In this document: in pieces, positions 12,876-24,119 of the stretch
Position numbering within the stretch: the stretch's first letter is position 1
How the letters are laid out: each line of letters begins with the position of its first letter
The notes under the pieces: model-generated
Seen by the model: the letters and a program-made list of their open reading frames with translations, nothing else
What the model was told of the DNA's origin: nothing
The model's database searches: none
Source of the DNA: Eledone cirrhosa
Taxonomy: Eukaryota
Reading direction: 5' to 3'
DNA length: 64,000 nt
NCBI GenBank assembly: GCA_964016885.1
Contig: OZ024740.1
Coordinates: 140,616,001-140,680,000, forward strand
Position numbers and translations under genes: made by a program

Positions 12876-13803
12876 TTGGCGGGTTCTGTAGAAACAGTAG
12901 ACAGCTTCTGCTACCTAGGTGACCGAATTAGCAGTGCAGGTGGGTGTTCTGAAAGAACAGTAGCCAGGGTAAGAACAGGATGGAAAAAGTTCAGGGAGCT
13001 ACTACCACTGCTAGCTGCAAAAGGCTTTTCCCTCAAAATGAAAGGCAGACTGTATTTTGCATGCATACAAACAGCATTGCTACATGGTAGTGAGATCTGG
13101 GCGCTGTGTGTAGAAGACTTGCATAGATTAGAAAGAAACAAAGCTTGCATGCTCCGATGGATGTGTAATAGTAATATATGTGAACGGCAAAGCATAAATG
13201 AATTGAGAGAGAGACTGAGCATAAGAGGAATCAAATGCTGTGTGCAGGAGAGGAGGTTGCATTGGTATGGACATGTGATGCATATGAAGGATGACAGCTG
13301 CATAAAAAGGTGCAGAGCACTAAAAGTTGATGGAAGCCTTGGAGTGGGGAGACCCAAGAAGACTTGGGATGAGATGATAAAAGCCGACCTTACCAAATTG
13401 CACCTCTCAAAGGCGATGACACAGGACCAAGACATCTGGCATTACGCAGTAATACAGAAGACCTGACTTCCCACGAGTACAAGCCGAAACAGAAGCATAT
13501 AGACAATATGCCCCCACCCCCTCCCACTGCAAAGTAGTCGTGGAGGTGTCATGACAAAAAAGCACCCAGTCCTCACTGTAGAGTGGTCATGTAGGCATCA
13601 CGGTAAAAAAGCACCCAGTACTCACTGTTGAGGTTGGTGTTAAGAAGGGCATCCAGCTGTAGAAATCAAGCCAAAATCAGTTCTGTATGAGTAAGACATG
13701 GTCACCTGACCTGGCATTGCCCACAACAACGGGACAACCCATCTAACCCATGCTAGTGTGGAAGAATGGACGTAAAATGGTGATGATGATGATGATGATG
13801 ATA
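12876..13803 (+). mobile_element. 5'-truncated RTE LINE
   Basis: ORF 12876..13466 encodes the RTE C-terminus, followed by the shared 3' UTR and a (GAT)n tail. A separate RTE 3' UTR with tandem subrepeats lies at ~12440-12760. Confidence 0.9.
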
Positions 13804-13821
13804 TATATGTATATATAAAAG

Positions 13822-14866
13822 AGGAAGCTTTTGACAGGGTCCCCCTGTAATCTGGTGGGCACTAAGGAAACTAGGAGTAGAAGAATGGCTTGTAAGGGCA
13901 GTACAAGCCTTGTACTGAAATGCTGTCAACAAGGTTAAAATTAATAATGACTATAGCAAGGAGTTTAGTGTGCAAGATTGTGTCCCCCAAAGCTCTGTCC
14001 TTAGCCCTCTCCTGTTTGTTATTGTCCTCCAGGCTATAACAGAAGAGTTTAAAATAGGATACCTTTGAGAACTCCTGCATGCTAATGATCTAACTCTCAT
14101 AGCTGAATCTATGGCAGAATTAGAGAAAATATTCCTGACCTAGATGCATAACCTGGAATCAAAAGGTCTAAAAGTCAATTTGGCAAAGACTAAAATCCGA
14201 GTAAGCAGAGAGGAAAACAAAATCCAGACCCTCTTTGGGAAATTGCCTTGCTCAGTGTGTAGGAAAGTAGTGGGGAGAAATTACATCCTCTTTTCCAAAT
14301 GCAAACTATGGGTGCACAAGAGTTGTTCCAAAAGTACAGTAGCCAGAGTGAGGATGGGATGGAAAAAGTTCAGGCAGCTATTACTGTTGGTAGCTACAAA
14401 AGGTTTGTTCCTCAAAATGAAGGGAAGATTGTATGATGCATGTATGCAAACATGATAGTGAGACCTGGGATCTGTATGCAGAAGATCTGTGAAGTTTGGA
14501 AAGAAATGAAGCTGGCATGCTTTGATGGATGTGTAATGGTGATATACATGAACAGTGAAGCATAAATAAAGAGAGGAACTGGCCATAAGAGAGATCAAAT
14601 GCAGTGTACAGGTGAGGAGATTGTGTTGGTATGAACATGTGATGTGTATGAAGGATGATAGCTGTATAAAAAGGTGCAGGGCACTCAAAGTTGATGGTAG
14701 CTATGGAGTAGGAAGACTTGGGATGAGGTGATAGAAACCAAGCAAAAATCAGTTTTGTATGATCAATACATGGTCATCTGATCTGACTTGTCCCACAACG
14801 GGACAAATTGTCTAAAACATGCTAGTGTGGAAAATGAACATTTAACAGTGATGATGATGATGATAA
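13822..14866 (+). mobile_element. Decayed 5'-truncated RTE LINE
   Basis: AFDRVP, GSVLSP-like and GWKKFR motifs with frameshifts; (GAT)n tail. Confidence 0.85.
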
Positions 14867-14877
14867 TATATATATAT

Positions 14878-15227
14878 GGAGGCACATGGCTTAGTGGTTA
14901 GAGCATTGGCCTTGCAATCGAAAGGTTGTGAGTTCAATTCTCAGACCGGGTGATGTGTTGTTTCCTTGAGCAAGACACTTTATTTCACATTGCTCCAGTT
15001 TACTCAGCTGTAGAAATGAGATGATAGGGACTGGGGTCCCTATCATTCCACTGCAAAGTGGTCGTGGAGGTGCCACGGCAAAAAAGCACCCAGCACTCAC
15101 TGTAAATGAGGTTGGTGTTAGGAAGGGCATCCAGCTGTAGAAATAAGCCAGAATCAGTTCCCGTCCCACCCTTGCAAGCAGGGAAAAGCGGACGTAAAAT
15201 GATGATGATGATGATGATGATGATGAT
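14878..15227 (+). mobile_element. tRNA-derived SINE with RTE-derived 3' tail
   Basis: A box TGGCTTAGTGG and B box GAGTTCAATTC. The tail TTAGGAAGGGCATCCAGCTGTAGAAA...CCTTGCAAGCAGGGAAAAGCGGACGTAAAA(TGA)n matches RTE 3' ends in this window. Confidence 0.88.
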
Positions 15228-15870
15228 ACATATAGGGGTCGGCCAGCAAAAAACAACACCACAGTTTGGCCGTCCTCCTGTATCAAGAGAAGAACAGTTT
15301 TTCGATGAAGTTTTTGGATTTTTTTAAATTTAAAGATTTTTTTTTAGGAACTTTCAATGTTTTCAAGTTTTTATAGGTTTTGCTGTCTGAAGAGCTCAGG
15401 CTATCATAACTGATAGTCCCCAGTGAAATATGTATAAATATACATATATCTGAATCAATTGATTATGGCCTCCAATCTTTTAATAATATATATAAATATA
15501 GGTATAGATGTAGATATCTTGGATAATATGGTCTAATGTGTCCTTCCCTTTTTAAGATGGCTGGTGAGATTTGTGGGAAATTGAATGGTCTTTCTAGCAG
15601 GTTGTAAGAGGTGACGAAAAGGATTAGTATCAGGAAGGGCATCAAACTGTAAAAAAAAAAAAAAAAAACTGCCTTAAACATCCCATCCAACCCATGCCTG
15701 CATGGTAGAGCAGTCTTAAAAACAATAAAGATGATAATGATTATGTTGATGATGGTGACTGGTAGTTTTTCTTTTGGTGATGGTGGTTTCAGTGATGATG
15801 ATGATAGTGGTTTTCATGGTGGTGATGTTTATGATGATGGTCATTTATATTTTTTCTCATTTTTAAATAG

Positions 15871-16110
15871 AATTTGCAGAACCATTTCCTATCCGGTCAG
15901 AAGAGGAGATTATTCCTGAAGACTATGACCCAGCAGTGCATCACCCTGTCTTTTATGGTTATTTATGTGCCAAAGTAGAGACATATGAAGATGTAATTGA
16001 AGAATTTGATCCAGCTATTAGCCATCCAGCATGTGTGGGCCATGTCCTCATTGATATACCAACATCACATGTTGAACCAAAGCCTGCTCCAGCTCCTAAT
16101 CCCAAAACAT
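15871..16110 (+). CDS. IQCK: IQCK coding exon 2 (240 nt, phase 1-1)
   Basis: TTTTTAAATAG acceptor, open frame (E)FAEPFPIRSEEEIIPEDYDPAVHHPVFYGY...PAPNPKT, then T|GTAAGC donor. NPKT joins C-EPNEYL of the next exon, as in IQCK NPKTCSPKEYL. Confidence 0.87.
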
Positions 16111-17310
16111 GTAAGCCTATACTTCATCATTATCCTTTTATGTCAAATTTTCCATGCTTGCCTGGGTTGGACATGTCTCTTATGTGTACATCCTCCTTCA
16201 ATAATTGCATACCTCTATCATCTCCTCTGTGAGGTTCAGCATTTTGAAATCAGCTCTCACCATTTCTGCTCAGGTTTCCTTTCGTCTTCTTCTATTGCAG
16301 CTCCCTTCCACTGTGATCTCTTGACACTTCTTCACCCAGTGTTCATCATCATATTAGTTATTTTGTATACTTATCTGAGACCTATTTTTTCTTTCCTTTC
16401 TGTTATTTAAAACCAGATTTTTCATCTATATAATTTTTATGAGTCATTGTATGGTTTGATCAGGACATTTGCTCAGCTCAACATCTTCATAATCTAAAGT
16501 ACTTGAGGCTCTGTGATATATAACTTCATAACTTAGTATTTGTGTGATAGAAAATGTCATTATATTCATATATTTGGCACGTTATCATGTTTGTTTGTGT
16601 TGGCTGTATTGGTGTTCTATAGTATAAAATGTCAATGAGTTTAATTGGAAATCAATATGAGGATACATAGAAAAGAAATCAAGAGAGGTGTGTGTGACTG
16701 GTTGGTGTAAAGGAGATATAGATAGACAGATTGATGGGGACTGGGGCAGATAGAAAGATAGATAAATGGTGTGAGAGAGAAATGAACAGACAGATGGACA
16801 AAAGGATGGACAGATGAATGGATAGACAGATGAATGAAGGGACTGATGGATAGATGAGTGGATGAATAGATGGACAGAGGGATGAATAGATAGATGATTG
16901 AATTGAAAGATGGATGGGTTGGTGGAGGGATGGATGAGATAGTTTATTATCAAATATTTTGGTAAATAGATAGCTTTAAAAATAGATGAGGAGGAAATGA
17001 AAGGGTAGATATATAGATGGAGAATACATAAGTATATACAGCACACATATATATATATATATATATACACATACATACATATATATATATATATATGTAT
17101 ATCAGCATCATCATCACCGTTTTACGTCCGTTCTTTCTTCCACGCTAGCATGGGTTAGACGGGTTGCCCTGTTGTGGGCAGTGTCTAGTCGGCTGACCTT
17201 GTTTTGTTCAAACAGGAAGTGATTCTGGCTTGATTTCTGCAGCTGGATGCCTTTCCTAACACCAACCTCATTTACAGTGAGTGCTTTTTTCCCGTGGCGC
17301 CTACACGTAT

Positions 17311-17643
17311 ATCATTTCATTTTACGTCCGCTTTTCCCTGCTTGCAAGGGTGGGACAGGAACTGATTCTTGCTTGATTTCTACAGCTGGATGCCCTTCCT
17401 AACACCAACCTCATTTACAGTGAGTGCTGGGTGCTTTTTTGCCGTGGCACCTCCACGACCACTTTACAGTGGAATGATAGGGACCTCAGTCCCTATCATC
17501 TCATTTCTACAGCTGAGTAAACTGGAGCAATGTGAAATAAAGTGTCTTGCTCAAGGAAACAACACATCACCCGGTCTGATAATTGAACTCACAACCTTTC
17601 GATTGCAAGGCCAATGCTCTAACCACTAAGCCATGTGCCTTCA
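17311..17643 (-). mobile_element. Same SINE family, inverted copy
   Basis: Near-perfect reverse complement of 14878-15227; the spurious ORFs 14891..15286(-) and 17369..17629(+) are almost identical. Confidence 0.88.
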
Positions 17644-17871
17644 TGTATATATATATATATATGTATATATACACACACACATATATATATATGTCAAGAT
17701 AGAACCAGTTTGTTTGAAACTAGCTGTTGAACGGCAAGAGCTCAGCCGTTGAGCCCTGACGCTTTATAATATATATTTTATGGTCATCTATAAAAAATAC
17801 TGTAATGAAGCTGTTTACTTGCAAATGAATCGAATATTATTATTATTATTATCATTATTATTATTATTATT

Positions 17872-20800
17872 GACGACCTACGTAGTAAATCGTATCATCG
17901 TGAGCTCTGCAAAGGTTTGTTGTTTTCAGTTGTTTAAAATTGCCATTTATAGAAAATTTTTATTGTTAACTGTATATAAGTGCACATACATTGTTTTCTG
18001 AAAAGGACACTCAAAAAGATTGGGGCTTTGAGCCCAAATTTAAACTTTTATAATTATCAAACAAAAAAAATTTCTTTGAAAAATCATGGCCAACTCACAG
18101 CTGAACCCAGTAGCTGAGAGCCTTCCTCACAAACTAACACCTCACACCGACACCACCATTGTAAATATTACTACGTTTGCCAACACTAAAAATATAAGCA
18201 GAAGCAATATTTTAAATTTGTCTCAGGCAGACATTCATTTCCTGCCATTACCAATGACTGCAGGTGTTGAAGCCCCCCCCCCCCCCCCCTCCCACCAGAG
18301 CGACAACAGAAACAAAAGAAAAAAATAAATTATCTCGTGATATCGAAACAAATTCAGCCAAAATGAACTCTTCCACACCGAACACCACTGACGCCACCAC
18401 CACCACAACTGAAACTAAAATTAACAATAACAAAAATAACGATAACAACAACACCAACAATGAGAATAAGAAAACCCTGTCTTTTGCCAGAGTAGCAAAA
18501 AAGTGCGAAGCATTCCAGGTAACTCAGGAGGAATTAGAAGCCAAAAAAATGGTAAAGAAAGATGGGTACAGGGTCAGCCTCACCCCCCACCTAATAAAAT
18601 GGAGCATCGGCGCCTATGCACCGTGTCTTATCGGACGATTAACATAAAATCGCGCCGAGTGGAATGGGCATCCGAGTCCCAAATCCAAAAAGCTTTGGGA
18701 CATGTGTGGGCAAAAAAAAACCACATCAGACGTGGGCAGAAATATGGAACTGTAGACGTGTTCTTTGAAACACCACAGGAGGCCAGAGAACACTTCATGG
18801 CCCCATTAAGAAGTGACGACTTCACACTCGTCCCAAGCTATTGTGGCCAGAGACTCGTGAAGATCAGGGTGACCCACGTTCCACCGGCCATCGAAATTCC
18901 CTGGCTAATGGCTAACCGGCATCGAAGCCAACACCAAAATAGCGAAAGAAAAGCAGGAGAACTGGTCCGGATCTAGGATGGAACTCCTGATCCAAGCGGA
19001 CCAAAAAAGCATTGAGGACATCCCAGAGGTAATAGACCTCACTGACGGCAGCCACCTCACCGTAATCGTCGAGGGCAGAAGGCCTAGGTGTGTCATTTGT
19101 GGTGAAGGAACCCACCTAAGGGCTTTCTGCTCTCAGGCTAAAAGGTTGAGGCCACCTCTCTTACCCACCCCAGTGGCTCAACCATCAACACCACCAGCAG
19201 CAGAAATGGCAGAAACAACTGTAGCAGCAACAACAGAAGCAACTGTAACAGCAACAACCCCAGCAACAGTAGCAAAACCAACACCACCACCACCCAACGC
19301 GCCAGAACTAGCACCAGCGCCTACACCATCCACCACGCCACACCCAAAACCAACGCCTGTGGAGGATTTTCTACTCCCCGACCTATCGCAACTGGAGTCA
19401 GATTGTGACGACGAGGAGTGGGAAACGGTATCAGGAAAAAAGAAAAAAAAAGAAAAAGAAACGAAAAAAGAAAAAAATCCTCTTCCTTCCCCCTCCAAAA
19501 ACAAAATACAGAGGGAAACAAATAAACTATCAAACAAAAAAGTTAGGACAGATATGCCACCATCCACACCAGCATCACCAACCCCATCACCACAAACACC
19601 AAAACCATCACCATCATTAACCCCAACACCACAAGTCACCAAAAAGCGAAACAGAAACAAACCCACAACAAACGCAAACAAAACAAAACAACCAAAACAA
19701 TACACACTACACAGCATTAAATTTGAACAACAACCAATTACTACACTACATCCAACACAACACCAGCATCACAGAAAAAGACTACACAACAACCCAAAAG
19801 TTCACACTACCTCCACACATACAAATCACTCGCATCACACAGAAAATGTACACGACACTAAAACAAAAATTCCCCAAAGACATCGGAGACTTCCGACAAG
19901 CACTCTCCAGGAGGATTTATAAGGACATCCTTCCGGAGGAGGCCACAAGCAGTGAAAAGGATGGAGAAACCATCCTTCCTCTACGAGAAGTAAGGTAAGT
20001 GGTCTTTCCCATCTTTTCCACTCCGTTTCAACATGACCTCACTCAGAATAGGCAGCATAAATGCGCGTGGCTTGGGGTCGTCATGGAAGCAGGGCCACCT
20101 GCTCAACGACCTCAGGTCACTAAACATAGATGTAGTGGCCATCAGCGAGACCAGAATCTCCAAAGCACGGGCCTTCACACCGATCTTCGGCGGCTACGAT
20201 GTGTACGCATCTCCCAGCCGTCCGGGATCGGGGGGAGGAGTTGCTGTGCTTTTTCGGAGAGGTTTGGATCTCGCCATACGGGCCATCTTCCTGGACCCAG
20301 AAGGTAAGTTGGTGGTGCTAGACGTGACCAGCGGAGACGGGCAAGCTTTCAGGCTAGTGGCCGTCTATGCCCCGACAGGAGCAGGGCGACCTGATTTCTT
20401 CCGGCGTCTGGAGACCTTTCTTGGAACGTCCCGCTCTTTAGTGTTAGTGGGCGACTGGAACGGGATCTTAGATGCACACTGGGACTGTGTGGGATTAGCG
20501 GATAGGGGAGGAGGGTGCAAGAGCCTCACCAGCATGCTCAGGCGTTTTGAACTGTCTGACAGGTACCAATTGGATTTCCCGAATGTGCCAATGTGGACTT
20601 GGACAAATCGCATAAGGTCATCCAGATCATATCTAGATAGAGTATTTTGTAGGGAAATAGATAGGTCTAGCATAGGCTGTCCACAATCCAAGATAGTCAG
20701 CTACACGGACCACAAATTCGTGATCTGTGTGCTTGACTTAGATAGGCTTCATAGACGAGGACCCGGCTACTGGAAGCTAAACGCGTCCTTACCAGCGCGC

Positions 20801-23684
20801 AAGGCCTACAGTGACCGGATAAGCGAACTAGTTAAGCGGGCGTTGATGGAGGCCATCGTCAACAACAAGTGGTGGTTTGCTCTGAAAAGAGCAATTAGAA
20901 TAGAGTCCATTAGGTTTAGTAAGGCTTCAGCAATAGAGCAAAATAGAGCAGAGGGAGAATTAGTTAGAAAATTAGACGAGGCGCTTAGCAAAGGCATCAC
21001 GACCGATGTACTTGCGGCGAAATTGGCCCTTGACCAATTCTTCAATGCAAAGCACGAAGGCTGCGTTGTCAGAGCTAGGGTGTGTGCTCTCAGACACGAG
21101 GGGACGAAAGCCGTTCAATGGGCCCGAGTGGCGGAGGCGTGTCGTGGCAACAAAGCCACGATTCGGTCTTTGGTGGACCACGACGGGCGCATGCTACTCG
21201 ATCCCGGGCAAATGTGTGAAGCTTTTCAGAGACATTTCGCTCAGCTGTTCGGGGGCAGCAGTGGGCCGGGTCGAGGGATGGACTTTAGTGTCTACCTCGA
21301 CGGACTGCCGCGGCTCTCGGCCACTGAGGCGATGTGTTGTAAAAAGCTGATAACAGCTGCTGAAGTACGGGAGGCAATGACTGGCTGCACAAGGGGAAAA
21401 TCGCCTGGTTTGGATGGTCTGCTCTATGAACTTTACATACAGATGCCAGACTTGTTCGGAGGCCTCTTGGCGGACATCTACTGCAACTGGCAACAGAACG
21501 GGAGAATTCCCAGCTCTGTGAGCCGAGGAGCTGTGGCACTGCTGAGAAAGGATCCAAACAAGGGGGATAACATGGATAATTTTAGGCCCATAACTCTGCT
21601 AAACACAGAGTTCAAGATTTTGGCCAAGGTGCTAGCAAAGAGGTTGGCGCTTGTCGTTGGGGATCTGGTGGGAGAGGCGCAGACATGCGCCATTCCCGAC
21701 AGATCCATCCACGACAACCTCCACCTCATGCGATACATCGTAGAGAGGGTAGCTAGGGAACCTGGCACGGGTGGGTCTTTGATCAATTTAGATCAGTCGA
21801 AAGCTTTCGATAGGGTCGACCATCGTTACCTAGCGGCAGTCCTGAGGGCGGCTGGCTTTGTGCATGGATCGCTGCCATGCACAGCGACATCTGCTCTGTG
21901 GTGAGAGTGAACGGTCACCCTTCGGAACCGTTCAACATCATGTGCTCGGTCCGCCAAGGATGTCCCCTCTCATCCCTCTTGTACGTATTGACTCTCGAGC
22001 CATTACTGCACAAACTGGAGACGTTGAGGGGGGGCCCGCGCGAACTAGGATGCGGAAGATCCGTGTCAGCATATGCGGACGATGTCACCGTAGTGGTGTC
22101 GAATGCCAAACACATCGAGGCGATCGGCACTACACTAAGAGAATACGAAGCGGTGACAGGAGCAATGATCAACCAGGAAAAGTCAGTGGGCCTGCAGCTC
22201 GGCACCTGAAGAGGCAGGTCCATGCTGTCCAACAGCACCGTCGGGCGCTGGACGGACGGACCGGTTAAATTGCTAGGGGTCTGGTTCAGTCCGGACCTCC
22301 AGACTGACAAAAGCTGGGACGAGGTGATGAGCAGGGTGGCTTCTCTCACCCAGAAATGGGTGGAGAGGAAGCTATCCTTGAAAGGTTGAGCGGAGGTGGC
22401 TAACGCGTACATCGCGTCCGTCATCTACTACCGCCTGACCGTCGTACCTTGTCCTAAGCCTCGCCTGACTGCGCTGGAGCGTTTGCTCTTTCGCTTTTTA
22501 TGGAAGGGACGCGCTCTGATGGTCAGGCGGTCCGTCTGCTGTCAACACCAGCTACGTGGAGGGCTGAGCATGCCGTGGCTGATGATGCGCAGACATGTGC
22601 TCAGGCTACGACATCTCCACCTCTTCCTCGACGGTGATCAGGTGTGGTCGCCGTTTGCTAGACACGTCTTTCCCCAGCTCGTCTCCTTGATGGAGTTGCA
22701 TCCCTGGGTCAAGCGAAGACCGAGAGGGAGCGCTTGGAGACTGGAATGTCTTCAAGCGCTCACAACCCTCGACCAATCGAGCAATGTGATCGGTGGAAAC
22801 TCCACCTTGGCGTTCTATAGAGGATTAGTGGAGGGGAAGAGCGACGACGTACTTGGAGAAACTCTAGGCGTCGACGAAAATCAACTAGCCAATCTCTTCG
22901 GAAGGACTTTCGGGCCGGGGCCTATGGACAACTTCCAGAAATCCCTGGCCTGGCAGTGCTACCGAGGAGCTTTGCCAGTTCGGGATAAACTCTACAGGCA
23001 TGGAGGTGCCGTCAGCCGGGTATGTCCGAGATGCGCGCAGGGTGACGAAACCGTCCTGCACGCGCTTGTCCAGTGTCCGAGCATTGCTGACTTGTGGGTT
23101 TATGTCGAACACCTGCTGTCACGTGTAGGACGGATCCGGCTATCAGCTGAGTCCATCCTGAGGATTGCCCCGCCCTCTTCCTTTAGCCGGGAAGGGCAGG
23201 CAGTTTTTATCTGTCTGGTGGCCATGGCAAAAGAAATAGTATGGTGGACACGTTTGAAAGGGCTGAAGACGAGCACTTACCTCTTCGGTGATGCCCTGAT
23301 TAACTTTTTCAAATTTCATTTGAAAAGGAAAATCAGGGTAGAGAGGGAAGTGCTCTCTTCCCAGCATTTTGTTGAAAGATGGTGAGAGAAGCAAGTATGG
23401 CCCGAGTGAATGGGCCTACTCTGAGTATGTGTCTGTAAATTAAAGGTGGAAAACTGGGAGAGGGCACTTGCCCTGGTGGTCAGGGTCATTGTGGCCTTTT
23501 AATGGGCTTTCTCCACAAGTGTCCCTCGGAAGTCTCCCCCCTATTGGGGAATTTTTCATTGTTATATTTTATTACATCCTCTGTTTTTTTTACACGCAGA
23601 AATGCCCATTTGTACCATTCTGTATTGTGCTGTACTGTCCTTAATGTCTACCTTATGTAAACCTTTGTGGTTAATAAAGAAAGC
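17872..23684 (+). mobile_element. Full-length Tx1/L1-clade non-LTR retrotransposon with disabling mutations, in (ATT)n
   Basis: 5' UTR; frameshifted ORF1 (~18086-19998) with a CCHC knuckle CVICGEGTHLRAFC; ORF2 from 20033 with APE (INARGL, VYAP, GDWN, TDH), RT (QGCPLS, YADD) and a C-terminal CPRC..ETVLHALVQC. AATAAA at 23673; (TTA)n on both sides. Confidence 0.93.
20033..23438 (+). pseudogene. Tx1 ORF2 (APE-RT-zinc finger), disrupted
   Basis: ORFs 20033..21904, 21877..22209 and 22396..23385, with a frameshift near 21860 and in-frame TGA stops. Confidence 0.88.
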
Positions 23685-24119
23685 ATTATTATTATTATTA
23701 TTCAATATAAAACTTATGAATACATTTCAATATAAAACTTATGAATACATTTACGTATCTGGTATGTTAGAGCAAAAAACAAAATTCTAATTTTGTTTTT
23801 AAATTTCAACAAAGCCAGCCATAAAATCGCTCAGTATGCAAATTAGGCTAATCAGTCGATGTATACTTTAGAGAATACTATATATTCTTAAGAGTTCTAA
23901 TAAGTGACAGAAGAGAGAAACACAATCTTGACAAAGGGCAATAACCCAGAAAGAATATTGTCAATTGTTTCTCTGTGCCACTGCTAGAACAAAAGGATGA
24001 TGATTGTCATCTAAAAACATAGTGTAATGAGGCTGTTGCTTGCAAACGAATCAAATTTTATTATTATTATTCTATATAAAACTCATGAATATATATATAT
24101 ATATATATATAAACATAAA

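Noticed and set aside
14878-14950. tRNA gene
   Set aside because: The A/B boxes belong to a multi-copy SINE head with an RTE tail; there is no complete acceptor stem or terminator.
15385-15455. Hammerhead-like CTGAAGA...GAAA motif; a similar one on the minus strand at ~41325-41380
   Set aside because: Stem II is plausible, but stem I cannot be formed and the second core deviates from CUGANGA. At best these are decayed Penelope remnants.
16585-17076. 163-aa ORF on the minus strand
   Set aside because: It is a translation of degenerate (GATG/GATA)n repeats, with no splice or homology support.
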